Source: an uncultured Candidatus Saccharibacteria bacterium (GTDB lineage: Bacteria; Patescibacteriota; Minisyncoccia; Phycocordibacterales; UBA2100). Taken from it: a stretch of DNA of 64,000 bases. Both the position numbers and the translations under genes were made by a program. Where the stretch lies: NCBI GenBank assembly GCA_964462785.1, contig CAYWZA010000003.1:1-64000 (forward strand). The letters are read 5' to 3'. Each line of letters opens with the position of its first letter. The stretch's first letter is position 1. This document shows positions 38,019-48,300 of this stretch, piece after piece. A model generated the notes under the pieces. It was not told the origin of the DNA. It made no database searches and saw only the letters and a list, made by a program, of their open reading frames with translations.

Positions 38019-39095
38019 CTAAGCAAACAAAAGGAACAGAACGACGAGCAGCGCAACGCAGCAGATAAAGACTGAGAGTGCCACAAATACCAAGCGTGAC
38101 GATGAGCGCTGATATTTCTTTGCGTAGTATTCAGCTCCCCTATCTCCTGGAGTGACCCCCATGTCGGCAAGCTTCTTGCGGATATACAACTTGACTGACA
38201 TGTAGAGCGCGAGCACAACAAGGAGCAATGAACCGAGGGTAATTGCGATCAATTTGAGCGGCAGCACCCAAAACGACGTGCTTGCCGAAATGGTTTTACG
38301 AACTTGATCACCATAGACCAAGCTTGCAATGGCCTGATACCTTCCGAAAGCAAGATCTTCTGATTCCCAGGTGGCAGTATAGGTTCTTTCAGCGGCAGGA
38401 AATACCGCTCCTGCAGTTGCATTTACTTCGATCGAAGCGACCTGCTTCCCAAACATGTCGGTAATTTCAATAAGTCCGTGTGGTCGTAGGAGCACATTCC
38501 CGAGATTTTCAGTTCGCATATTGAATGTGACTGGCGGTGCGCCATACACAAGTCGTTCGGTGGAAAGCTCGCGCAAGCGCATCTCCTCCACTGCATCACC
38601 CGAAATTCTCAAACTTATGATATTACCCACACGAAATCCGACTCCCGCACCACTTTGTGTGAGTTTTGGCGGATCGCTGGCGAGCAGTATGCTGCCGAAA
38701 TGGGATCCTGGAGTCGCATCCGCGGGCACGCGCACAGTGAAAGGAACGGTGGTCTCTTCCCCCGGTTTGAGATTCAATGACCGCTTATTGAATGATATCC
38801 ATGTGCTCATCTCGTAGGGCGTCTTCTCGCCTTCTTCAGAAAATATTGGTCGTCCACCATCGTCAGCGCCCTTAATATCCTGCGCGACCAGATACAATAG
38901 CTTCTCAGTGTCTGCGATATTCCTCACCTGAATCGAGTAGTGGTACGTGCCGCCTGCATCGACTTGATCTTCAATAATCGCCGGTCGTATATCGACACCC
39001 TCACCCTGCTGTGCAAACACAAGCGATGCACTCAAGATCAGAGCAGACAAAAAAATAAAACCCAGTGCACATATCCTGTAAAGGCTTGTGGTCAT
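38019..39095 (-). CDS. DUF916/DUF3324-like (WxL-interacting, chaperone-like) membrane protein
   Basis: Signal peptide; WI...LKPGE...VPADATPGSHFG; ENLGNV; C-terminal TMs. Confidence 0.75.
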   Translation of the reverse strand: MTTSLYRICALGFIFLSALILSASLVFAQQGEGVDIRPAIIEDQVDAGGTYHYSIQVRNIADTEKLLYLVAQDIKGADDGGRPIFSEEGEKTPYEMSTWISFNKRSLNLKPGEETTVPFTVRVPADATPGSHFGSILLASDPPKLTQSGAGVGFRVGNIISLRISGDAVEEMRLRELSTERLVYGAPPVTFNMRTENLGNVLLRPHGLIEITDMFGKQVASIEVNATAGAVFPAAERTYTATWESEDLAFGRYQAIASLVYGDQVRKTISASTSFWVLPLKLIAITLGSLLLVVLALYMSVKLYIRKKLADMGVTPGDRGAEYYAKKYQRSSSRLVFVALSVFICCVALLVVLFLLFA

Positions 39096-39165
39096 ATAAA
39101 AACGATAATCTAATAGGTATTTGCACTATACCATACGTATACACCCCCGCACTCTTGCGGGGGTG

Positions 39166-39332
39166 CAGAGCTTGTTTCGAAACCTGGGTTCCCAAACCGA
39201 GCGGCGTGTGTTCGTCGCCGAGAACCCGAGTCGGAGCCCTCAATGTGCTGGCGGCACATTGAGGGCGAGACTCGTGGTTCACAGGCAGAACACACGCCGC
39301 GTAGGTAGGGAGGGGTTTCGAAACATGCTCTG
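39166..39332. repeat. MITE-like long hairpin element
   Basis: 19-bp termini CAGAGCTTGTTTCGAAACC / GGTTTCGAAACATGCTCTG (1 mismatch); core GAGTCGGAGC...CATTGAG.GCGAGAC shared with 9053 element. Confidence 0.75.
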
Positions 39333-39356
39333 AACCTGTTTCATGCTAAGACCGCT

Positions 39357-40547
39357 TTAGAAGACCGGCGTTGCAACGTAGGTGAGTGTTGCGGTGTAAT
39401 CATCGCCCGCTTCCTGGAAGGCGGTGGTCTGGATTGCATACGCAACTGTTGTCGAACCGATATTGGCAGTGGTGCCGTTTGCCGGTCCCGTGTGGCTGAA
39501 GACTGCGCGAGTTGATGTTGAGAAGTTACCGGCATACCGAGTATCGGAAGTTCCAAATTCATTGGCGTTGATATCGTCATCGCTGGTGAGACCCCAATGA
39601 CCGTAGGTATTCACGCTACCGAAAGTACCTGTTGGTGCCGTCCACGCTGACGGCGTTGTTGTGCCGTTGCCATCAGCGAACACATCAATGGTGTCGCCGT
39701 TCGATGACGTAAGTGTCTGGTCTGCCTTTACGGTCACGGTAAAGCCGTTGGATGCGTTGGTTGTGACGTTAAGGCGCTGACCCACGACTTTCGGCACACC
39801 TGAGGTAAGTGACCCGAATGGTAAGGTCTGCGCGGAGCCTGATGTATCAACCGATGTAGTCGTACCGTTGATACCCACACCTGACGGCAAACCAGCAATC
39901 GCAAAACTGAATGTCGTATCAACAGATGCCGTTACGACAACGTCATCGATGATTGCGACCTGGACATCGATTGTGTCTTTGTCGGTGCCCTGACCCTGGT
40001 CTCTCGATGAGATGTGAATGTCATAGGAGCCAGCAACACTCGGGTTGGTGATTGGGCCGCTGGTAGACGCGATGAAGAATGATACCCCCGCCGTCGAGGT
40101 TGCAATGAAGTTGTTAGCACACAGCGAAAGTGTGAGGAGTTCTGTGGTCGTGGAGACAAGAACTTTATTTGTCGCCGCGCCGCCGAGTGTACAGTTTGAA
40201 ACGACGGTGATGCTCGATGTCGCGCTAAAATCTTCTGCACCTAATTGACCGATTTCGAAACTGTTGCCGGATGGATCGAAATCGAATGCGATGGTGCCCG
40301 TAGCAGTACCACCCGCATTGGTGCTGATTCGACTGGGAACACTGAAGGTGAATGTGTGACCGGAAACCACGGACAAATCAGAATCAGTGAGCGTGTCGCT
40401 AGCATCATAGAAGGATGCCGCCTGGCTGCGATTGAGCATACTTGGTGCACCGGTCGCCCAGAAGAGAATTGAGAGCATGAGAATTGCTGCGAGCTTGCTT
40501 GAGCGTAGCGCGCGGAGCGATACTGTTAGTGCACCAAGTGGATTCAT
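39357..40547 (-). CDS. Secreted WxL/pilin-like structural subunit
   Basis: Signal peptide; LPFGSL...LNVTTNASNGFTVTV; C-terminal AGDDYTATLTYVATPVF strand. Confidence 0.7.
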   Translation of the reverse strand: MNPLGALTVSLRALRSSKLAAILMLSILFWATGAPSMLNRSQAASFYDASDTLTDSDLSVVSGHTFTFSVPSRISTNAGGTATGTIAFDFDPSGNSFEIGQLGAEDFSATSSITVVSNCTLGGAATNKVLVSTTTELLTLSLCANNFIATSTAGVSFFIASTSGPITNPSVAGSYDIHISSRDQGQGTDKDTIDVQVAIIDDVVVTASVDTTFSFAIAGLPSGVGINGTTTSVDTSGSAQTLPFGSLTSGVPKVVGQRLNVTTNASNGFTVTVKADQTLTSSNGDTIDVFADGNGTTTPSAWTAPTGTFGSVNTYGHWGLTSDDDINANEFGTSDTRYAGNFSTSTRAVFSHTGPANGTTANIGSTTVAYAIQTTAFQEAGDDYTATLTYVATPVF

Positions 40548-40729
40548 ACGGTTGGTTAAATGTTTATGTAAATAAATTTATTACTATCGCTGCACATGCC
40601 ACAAGTTTCGACCCTTGCAACAGGTTTCGCAGCTACTATTTCCTATAGCAGAAATTATATAGGACATATTAGGCAACGAACTTCACCTGTTGTGGATAAC
40701 TGACTTCATGTCTCAGAGATTTCCTTATT

Positions 40730-42046
40730 TCACTGCTGATTTTGAGCATTTAGTTTTGCAACATCTTCGTCCGTAATCGGTCTTTCTTCTTGAATTTTCA
40801 CCTCCTTGATTTCAAAGTGCCGCTCGGGCGTAAGCACGCTGCCGAGAAACCACTGTATGCCATATAGAGCTGCACCTACGACTCCGAGAAATAGAAAGAA
40901 TGCGTAATATTTCTTTACAAACATGCCGCCGGTCATCTGCCGCTCGGTCGTAGATGCTCCACTGCCCACCGATGGTTGCTGTTTGGCAACACTGCGTAAG
41001 TCCACTACCCCCTCGCGCAGTGGCTGCATAAACACTGACGCGTACCCTGCCGACATCTTGCTGTGTTCGCCTATGCCTGCGTATTGCCGTTCGAGGACAA
41101 GCGCACGCCTGATGTAGCGCCTGATAAACCACACGATCAGGAGTACGAAGAACGCAATGCTCCCAATCGTGACCGCAACCGGCACGACAGGAACAATCCA
41201 GAAATAGGTTTTAGACGATATATTTTGCCTGCCATTTTCTCCGAACGTCAGTGTCACTTCTGCGCTATAGCGCCCGATATCGAAAATATCCTGCTCACCC
41301 TCCCAAGAAAATTGAAATTTTCTCGTACTCTCGGGAAGCACATTTCCAAAATTGCTCTGTTGATTGATGAGCACCTTGCCGCGCTCCTTTCCCCACATAT
41401 TAAAGAGCGTGATATATCCTTGCGGTTGCAAGTGCGCGTTGCCGGTATTTTCAAAACGCAAAATAAAATCAGCCTGCGGCTCTTGATAGAGTGTCTGCGT
41501 CGTCCTGAATTCCCGAATCCGCGCGCTTTCATACACATCCCCTTTCACCCGCACAAATAAGAGCGATGTGACGAAACTTGAAATGCGCATCGCCGCTCCG
41601 GCCTCGACTGTCTCCGGCGGCTTGGTGCCGACAAGAATCGCTGCATAGTGCCCGCCCGGCGACGCATCAGCTGGAATATGCACCGTGAGAGGAATTTCCC
41701 CGCTCCTCCCCTTCGGAATCGTTATGGGATCTTTTGGAATCTCGATCCATCCGGCGAGTGTGTGCGCACGCGCATCGGCATCATCCGCTGTAAGCGGAAT
41801 GAAAGTGCCCTGCCCCGCCTCGCCTTCTGCTTTGAAGTTAACTACCTCTGCATAATAGGTAACATCGTACGTATTGCTGTTCACCACCTTGAGAGAACTG
41901 TTCCACGTCTCACCTGGAATAATGGAGAGTTGAAAAAGCGGCGGTGTGACAGTCACCGACAGGGTGTCCGGTGCAGCATGTGCTGAGAGAGGCACAGTGG
42001 CAGCGACACCGGCGAGAAAAGCGGCAACTTTGAGAAAAATGCTCAT
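40730..42046 (-). CDS. DUF916/DUF3324-like membrane protein
   Basis: LAGWIE...IPADASPGGHYAAIL; ENTGNAHLQPQG; TMs. Confidence 0.75.
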   Translation of the reverse strand: MSIFLKVAAFLAGVAATVPLSAHAAPDTLSVTVTPPLFQLSIIPGETWNSSLKVVNSNTYDVTYYAEVVNFKAEGEAGQGTFIPLTADDADARAHTLAGWIEIPKDPITIPKGRSGEIPLTVHIPADASPGGHYAAILVGTKPPETVEAGAAMRISSFVTSLLFVRVKGDVYESARIREFRTTQTLYQEPQADFILRFENTGNAHLQPQGYITLFNMWGKERGKVLINQQSNFGNVLPESTRKFQFSWEGEQDIFDIGRYSAEVTLTFGENGRQNISSKTYFWIVPVVPVAVTIGSIAFFVLLIVWFIRRYIRRALVLERQYAGIGEHSKMSAGYASVFMQPLREGVVDLRSVAKQQPSVGSGASTTERQMTGGMFVKKYYAFFLFLGVVGAALYGIQWFLGSVLTPERHFEIKEVKIQEERPITDEDVAKLNAQNQQ

Positions 42047-42050
42047 GGTC

Positions 42051-43538
42051 CTATCTCCGCTTGAGGTTAATTACATGACTGTCAGTGTGCTCGGGGTTGG
42101 CGCGCTGCTGGTGCAGTTTCTTGAGATCAATCGTGCCGCGACGATCGACAATGGGAGACTCCGTGTTGCGCGGAGTATTAACCCGTGGAGCGGCATCGCT
42201 TTCAAACGCATCGCGCAGGCTGCGTGTAGCCGGCTTTGGTGCGGTGGCGGGCGGTGGCACAGGGGCAGCGACACTCTGCACTGCCGGTGGCGCCGCCCGC
42301 CGCGAAAATGAGACGCGCGGTATCATATCGCCGATGAATGTGAACGGGGTTGCAGCAAGCGACGCAAATGCCGCCAATCGTGAAGTGATGCCCGGCGTAT
42401 GCGCATCCACAATCGCGCTGATCTCATGCGGTTGGTGTTTCAGAAACCCTGCGAGTGCAAGCTTGCCCAAATGCCGATCCTCAAACCACTTGTGGAAGTA
42501 GAGCGCGAAGAAAATAATCGCGATCATGCTCACAATAAACAGCGTCAAGAGCTGCTTCCACGGCACTATCCAAAAATAAATCGTGTCTTGCACCGACGCA
42601 CCTTGCCCACGCCCGTAATCGACAGTCAGAAATGCTTTGTACCTGCCAAATCCATCAACCGCGCTCCACACGGAAGCAAGCTGTGCCACTTGATCCGGCG
42701 CATAGGATTTGCCCTCGCCGTTGATGCCCACCGCCGCGACCTCCTCCCCCTTTCTATTATAGATACGGATCTCGCCGCGCGGCGAAAGCTCTTGATTCCC
42801 GATATTTTCAAGCTGGTAATTAAAGAGCACATCGTCGCCCGAAAAATAAAAACTGTCAGTAAAGAATTTGTTGAGCTGCATTACCTCTTTCACATTCGCT
42901 TTAACCTCCACATTCACCATCAGGAATGCGAGCGGCGGACCTGACTCAGCTGCCGAGCGCGAGCTGCCATCCCCAAAGCTGATGCGCGCATGATATGAGC
43001 CGGCAATCGCATTCATATTGACGCGAATGACAAACGGAATAACCTTCTCCTCTCCAGGACCAAGCTCGACAACACCGCGCGATAGCTCGATCCAATTGGC
43101 GAGCGACGCCGCGCGATCACTGGAATCTGTTGCATTCACAAACTCCTGCTTGCCATCTTCGGCGCTCACATTATTGACCGATGGATAGAGCGTCAGTTTG
43201 CGATTACTGGTATTGACCAGCGTGATTGATTCTTTAAGAATGTCGCGCGCCTGTGCCGTTTCATCGATCACGACTGGCTCGATCGAGAGTTCGGCAGATT
43301 GCTGCTCAGCGGCATGCAGGGCAAGCGGTATGCAAAAAATTACAATGAGGTACAGAAGCGCAAATGCAGGTGCGCGCGAGCCTAATGACTTTTGGTCACT
43401 TCGGACTGTATCACCACTGCGCTGGAAAAACACGTGTGCATGCGCGCTGCGCGATGCTCGCTTACACCTCATTTGCGCTTCTGTGTACGCAGCTCGAATG
43501 CTCAGAGTCGAAAATTTTTCGTTCAGCCAATGTCGCAT
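42051..43538 (-). CDS. DUF916/DUF3324-like membrane protein
   Basis: LANWIE...LGPGEEK...AGSYHA; ENIGN; TM; TATACT -10 six nt before ATG. Confidence 0.72.
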   Translation of the reverse strand: MRHWLNEKFSTLSIRAAYTEAQMRCKRASRSAHAHVFFQRSGDTVRSDQKSLGSRAPAFALLYLIVIFCIPLALHAAEQQSAELSIEPVVIDETAQARDILKESITLVNTSNRKLTLYPSVNNVSAEDGKQEFVNATDSSDRAASLANWIELSRGVVELGPGEEKVIPFVIRVNMNAIAGSYHARISFGDGSSRSAAESGPPLAFLMVNVEVKANVKEVMQLNKFFTDSFYFSGDDVLFNYQLENIGNQELSPRGEIRIYNRKGEEVAAVGINGEGKSYAPDQVAQLASVWSAVDGFGRYKAFLTVDYGRGQGASVQDTIYFWIVPWKQLLTLFIVSMIAIIFFALYFHKWFEDRHLGKLALAGFLKHQPHEISAIVDAHTPGITSRLAAFASLAATPFTFIGDMIPRVSFSRRAAPPAVQSVAAPVPPPATAPKPATRSLRDAFESDAAPRVNTPRNTESPIVDRRGTIDLKKLHQQRANPEHTDSHVINLKRR

Positions 43539-43558
43539 AAATAAAGTATACCGTTGAA

Positions 43559-44878
43559 TTAAAAGACGGGTGTCACGATATACACGATATTCGTGCTATA
43601 TGAACCGGAGCCCTGCTCATTGTGTGCTTCGACCTTGTAAACAATGTCTGTGGTCTTTTCGGTTGCAGGCCCGCTGTTAAATGCAACTTCTTTGGGGCTT
43701 CCGGTGAACTGTGCATACGTGTCATTTGCGGCAAATCGCGTCGATCCGTTTTCCAGCACGTCCTCACCGGCGTGGTATCCATAGCATCCGTAAGCTCCTC
43801 CCGAACACCCAGTCCCCCACGCAAGCGGACTCTCGTTGGTGCCTGTTACGGGGCTGATTTCAGATGAATCAGCAAGAAGCCCTTGCCGTTGAAATGCATA
43901 TATTTTGTAGCCGGAAACCGAGTTGGCGGAAACGGTGAGCCGGTGAGCCGCCTCAGTCGGCGTACCTATCGCAAGCGTCCCAAATGGGACCGATGTCGAT
44001 GTCGTTTCCACATCGGTCGTCACCCCTTCGGTTGCAGTCGATGCGGCGAGCCCATCTATAGAGAATGAGAGTGCCGCTCCTTCCACCACCAGACTTGGAT
44101 ACGATTCGCCGGTATTGAGCGGCACCGTGCTGCTACTCACGACATCAAAGAGACGGAAGAAATACACGGTGTTAGCGACAGCGCCCGACTGCTTGAGTGT
44201 GAATTCATATTCGGTGATTGCGCTCGCTGTGTGCGTAAAGGTGCTGGTGGTCGTGCCGATTTCATTGTGCGTGCCGCAGCCGTTTCCAATCTGCAACGCA
44301 CACGCATCCGCATCGGAAAGTACTTTCGTGGTGATGGTCACGTTATCAACACCCGCACCGTTTGCATAGCACCAGCCCGAACTGCCAGTGCACTCCCAAT
44401 CGGCGGCAAGTGTGCGCACGTACTCTGAGAAATCAGAGGATGTCGCATACTGCAGACGGAATTTTATGTTGCCGGATCCCACTCCCGCCGTTTCAGCAAC
44501 TGACACGCGCAGCTTGATCGTGTTGAGGTTCGCGATATTAGTTGGTGCAGTGTTTTCAGCCGCAAGCGCAGTACTCGGCGTCACACTATTCTCATCGTCA
44601 TACCAGCGCCAATTTTGCGTCTTCGGCGTGAATGATTCGAAAAACATCTCGCCACCGTTCAAGGTGAAATTGGCGCTGCTCGCCGCTTCATTTGAGATCT
44701 CTCCCCCGCCACTTACATGCGTAAAGTTTGTCGAAGTCGACGTGCCGCCGACGTCATTCGTATTCGGATCTTTCGCGGTAAAATTCGTACTCGTAAAATC
44801 AGCCGCAAACGCAAACGGCGCGAAAATAACACTGACGAGTGTTACCATCACGACGCTGCTTGGTACGACTTTCTGCAT
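43559..44878 (-). CDS. Secreted WxL/pilin-like subunit (Cys-containing)
   Basis: Signal peptide; VPFGTL...LTVSANSVSGY; C-terminal GSYSTNIVYIVTPVF like 39357 protein. Confidence 0.7.
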   Translation of the reverse strand: MQKVVPSSVVMVTLVSVIFAPFAFAADFTSTNFTAKDPNTNDVGGTSTSTNFTHVSGGGEISNEAASSANFTLNGGEMFFESFTPKTQNWRWYDDENSVTPSTALAAENTAPTNIANLNTIKLRVSVAETAGVGSGNIKFRLQYATSSDFSEYVRTLAADWECTGSSGWCYANGAGVDNVTITTKVLSDADACALQIGNGCGTHNEIGTTTSTFTHTASAITEYEFTLKQSGAVANTVYFFRLFDVVSSSTVPLNTGESYPSLVVEGAALSFSIDGLAASTATEGVTTDVETTSTSVPFGTLAIGTPTEAAHRLTVSANSVSGYKIYAFQRQGLLADSSEISPVTGTNESPLAWGTGCSGGAYGCYGYHAGEDVLENGSTRFAANDTYAQFTGSPKEVAFNSGPATEKTTDIVYKVEAHNEQGSGSYSTNIVYIVTPVF

Positions 44879-44880
44879 GG

Positions 44881-45345
44881 TTATTGAACTTCGGTTGTAA
44901 TTGGCGCCACCTCGATCAGTTTATTTTGAGCCGGATCATAGAGGTACGCTTTGCGCGCCTGCGTATAAATGAGCACTTTATATCCGACTTTTGCATTCGC
45001 GAAAAATGCTTGATCTTTCAATTTTTCAGGATCGGATACAGTCGCCACGGTCGGCTCCTCGCCTTCTGGGAGCGCAATAAGCCTGCCGACTTTTTCAATG
45101 AGATCTTTTGCCTCAATCGTCGTCTCGACTTCCGGCGTTGCGCTCTTGGTGTCAGTGGAAATTTCTGCTCCGTCTGGTTTGAAAAAGAAAACATACATTG
45201 CCCCGGCGAGTACGGCGAGAGCCACGAGCCCGATCACTGCCGGCGGCACTCGCCTCGGCGCAGGCGGTCGCAGCGCTGGGCTGGGACTCTCTGCCGCCAC
45301 CTTTGCCGGTCGCTTCAAACTCACTATCAGTGATTCGTCGTTCAT
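44881..45345 (-). CDS. Single-TM conserved hypothetical protein
   Basis: TM then LPEGEEPTVATV.D...FFANAKVGYKVLIY..KA.LYDP. Confidence 0.8.
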   Translation of the reverse strand: MNDESLIVSLKRPAKVAAESPSPALRPPAPRRVPPAVIGLVALAVLAGAMYVFFFKPDGAEISTDTKSATPEVETTIEAKDLIEKVGRLIALPEGEEPTVATVSDPEKLKDQAFFANAKVGYKVLIYTQARKAYLYDPAQNKLIEVAPITTEVQ

Positions 45346-45351
45346 ATATTT

Positions 45352-48300
45352 TTATAATTCTGCACTACTAATAGCAGCCGCATCCCCCGTTTCAACCGCG
45401 GTTTCTGATGCCGGTTGTTCGCTTGGTGTTTCTGCTGCCGGTGTCGATTCGACAACCGAATCTTCCGACGCAGGCTCGGGATTTGCAGTTGTCTCCCCGG
45501 CCGGTGATTCTTGCGGCGCAGCCGGCTCACTGCTGCTTTCACCTTCCGCATCCACCGCTGTAACAGACATCATCGATTCATCAGCAGGGGGCATATCGGG
45601 CAGACCGTCTCCGACTACAACGACGCGCGTCACTTCAGCCACATGCCCATCAGAATCGACCGCGCGATACATAATCAAATATTCTGTGGATGAGCTGGTG
45701 TCGAGCATGACATGATCAACTTCCTCGCTATCGACAAACGTATAGATGCCGAGGTTTTGGTCTTTGTCGTCTGTCACGGTTGCGCCCAAGTCTATATACG
45801 TGTCCCCAATACCGATCTGCGCAGGATTGTTTCCGTTGAGCGTAATGACAGGGACTTCAATCGACGTCTTGGGAGCCGACGAATCTATTGTCGCCGTGAG
45901 ATCCTCTGCGCCACACTTCCCGGCAAATGTTTGCAGTATTCCCGAGACAACTTTTGCACAATACGGATCGCCGTTCATATCGTCATACATCGTGATGCCG
46001 GTCGGCTTCTCCGGAGAGCCGACTTCAAGACCGTTCGCCGTAAGCGCACCCGCGAAGAGTGCGTTGCCCAGCGCATCGACAGACACCAAAAGCGCCGCAT
46101 CCGAGCTTGATGCGTTTTCAAAGGTGAGCGTGAGATCATTTTCATTCACTCGTTCAATCAGTAGTCTTCCACCCTCCACGATCCGCATGCGAATATCTTT
46201 CTCGACCGGCTCGATGGCATTTACGACCAGCGTGTCTGCAATCACGCGCGGCGAAATAATTTCAAGTCCTGCCGCAAGACGATCAGTGAATACTTCGGAG
46301 AGCGTAGTTGCGACAGTGATCTCCTTTTTTTCTTGCAGCATGCCAGCAAGAATAATACGCCCGTAATCAAGATCCGACGTAATCACATCCATGTTGATTC
46401 CCGAGTCGCGCAGTGCTACTTTGAGAAGTGCCCCAGTGGAATATGATGTATTCACCATCACCAAGACGCTGCATTTCCCACTGTCGTCGCAGATAGCATC
46501 CTCAAGCGCGTGCCCGACAGTGACACCCGCCTTGGTAGCGCGCATGGCGACGCCCGGCTCGGATGAGACCGTGAGCAGATCCCCTGCTTTAATTTCACCG
46601 TTTTCTTTATTTGCCTTCACGGGCACGCGCCCGGCGAGCGCGATGGCGCGGGGATGCTTTGCTTTGCTGAATATGTCATACCCCATCGTCTCGTACGGCA
46701 CACTTGAAACTACACCGACCGCACTACTACCTTGCGTAGCCTTTTCAAGAACCGACGATTTCTGCAATCCGAGTTTCGAATCATATTCATAAGATGCTGT
46801 ACTGATAGCGACCACATCGCCGTGTTCGACATCATCTTTAGTCTCATACCACTCCGCCAAGTCAGCACCGCTCGATGTGTAGTTCATGGTGACAACGACA
46901 CCCTGTCCACCTTTCCCTCCTTGGGCTGCGGTGGTTGACTCTTCAACAATGCCACCACCCCCCCCTGAGCCATAGGCGAGACCCGCCTCGCCTTGCACTG
47001 ACTGAAGAGCGGCTGTGACGTGCCCGCCAGCCCCTCCCCCTCCCCAATAACTTGCGCCCCCGTTACCGCCAGTTCCCTCACCACCACTCAAGGCATTTGC
47101 TGCGCCGCCATTGCCACCCGCGAGACGGAGCTGCCCGACTGCCGTGGATGTCGCACCACCCGACCCACCCGCCAATCCTTCTGTGGCATTCGTATCGACT
47201 GAACTGTCTCCAAGCCCTCCCTGCCCTGCAAGCGCGACGACAAGCGAACCGAATGATGAATTGTTCCCCGCTGCGCCGGTGCCCGCAACACTCGTGGTGG
47301 CACCACCGTTGCCGACAGTAACCGTTTCAGTTGACCCCATGCTTTCTGCAGGAAGAATCGAAATTGAAGTACCTCCTGAACCCCCGCCTCCAGCGGCATC
47401 TTCACACGTCGTCGTATCTGAACAATCCGCTGCCCCACCCGCGCCACCTCCTGCAGTGACGATTATTTGTGTGAACGACAAGCCCGGATAATCTGCCTTG
47501 GTCCATGTGTCATTTAAAGTGAAGACCTCAACCGTGACTGCATCGACGCCTGTGTCCGAGCCACATACAACGGTGCCATTCGCATCGGTTTCAAGTGCCT
47601 TGGTGCAGTTCGTCAGCCCCGTGAGCTGCATCCGATTCGCTGCGATCCCGCCTGAAAATGTCGACGTCGAGTTTGTTCCTACGACATTCAAGAATCCCTG
47701 CAAGGTGGATGTGCCCGTCGTGCCGCCCTGAATCGTCGTCGTTGCGGTGCGACCGACTGTAATGTAATCGAGCCCGGAGATCGCGGTTGAGGACGCGTTC
47801 GTGATTGCAAGCAGCGCGGGAAGTGAGAGTGTCACCGCTCCCGTCGCGCCTGATGCAGAAATCTGATTCGTCGTACCAGTGATGGAGGTGACCCCACTGT
47901 TGGTTACGGCACCATCTGCATACGTGAGCCCGCCGGAGAAGGTGGTGGTCGCTGTCCATGTTGGTATGCCATTTAATAGTGCGAGTACCTGCCCTGCAGT
48001 GCCCGCCGTTGTCGTCGCAAGTGCGCTCGTGCCGTTACCATAGAGAATCGTGCCCGCGACAACACTCGCCCAGCCGGTGCCGCCATTACTCACACCAAGA
48101 ATACCTGCCACATCATTCGCCAGATCAACGAGCGTTGCCGTCACCACCCCGGCAACTGCTTTCAATATTCCTCCGGCAGTTCCGAAAGTGAATCCGTTTG
48201 AAACGACGAGATTCGAAGTGGAAGCATTGCCAGTAACCGCGAGTGTCGTTGATGTGGCATTGGTAATTGTAGATGTTGAAAACGAGGCACCGGATGCGGA

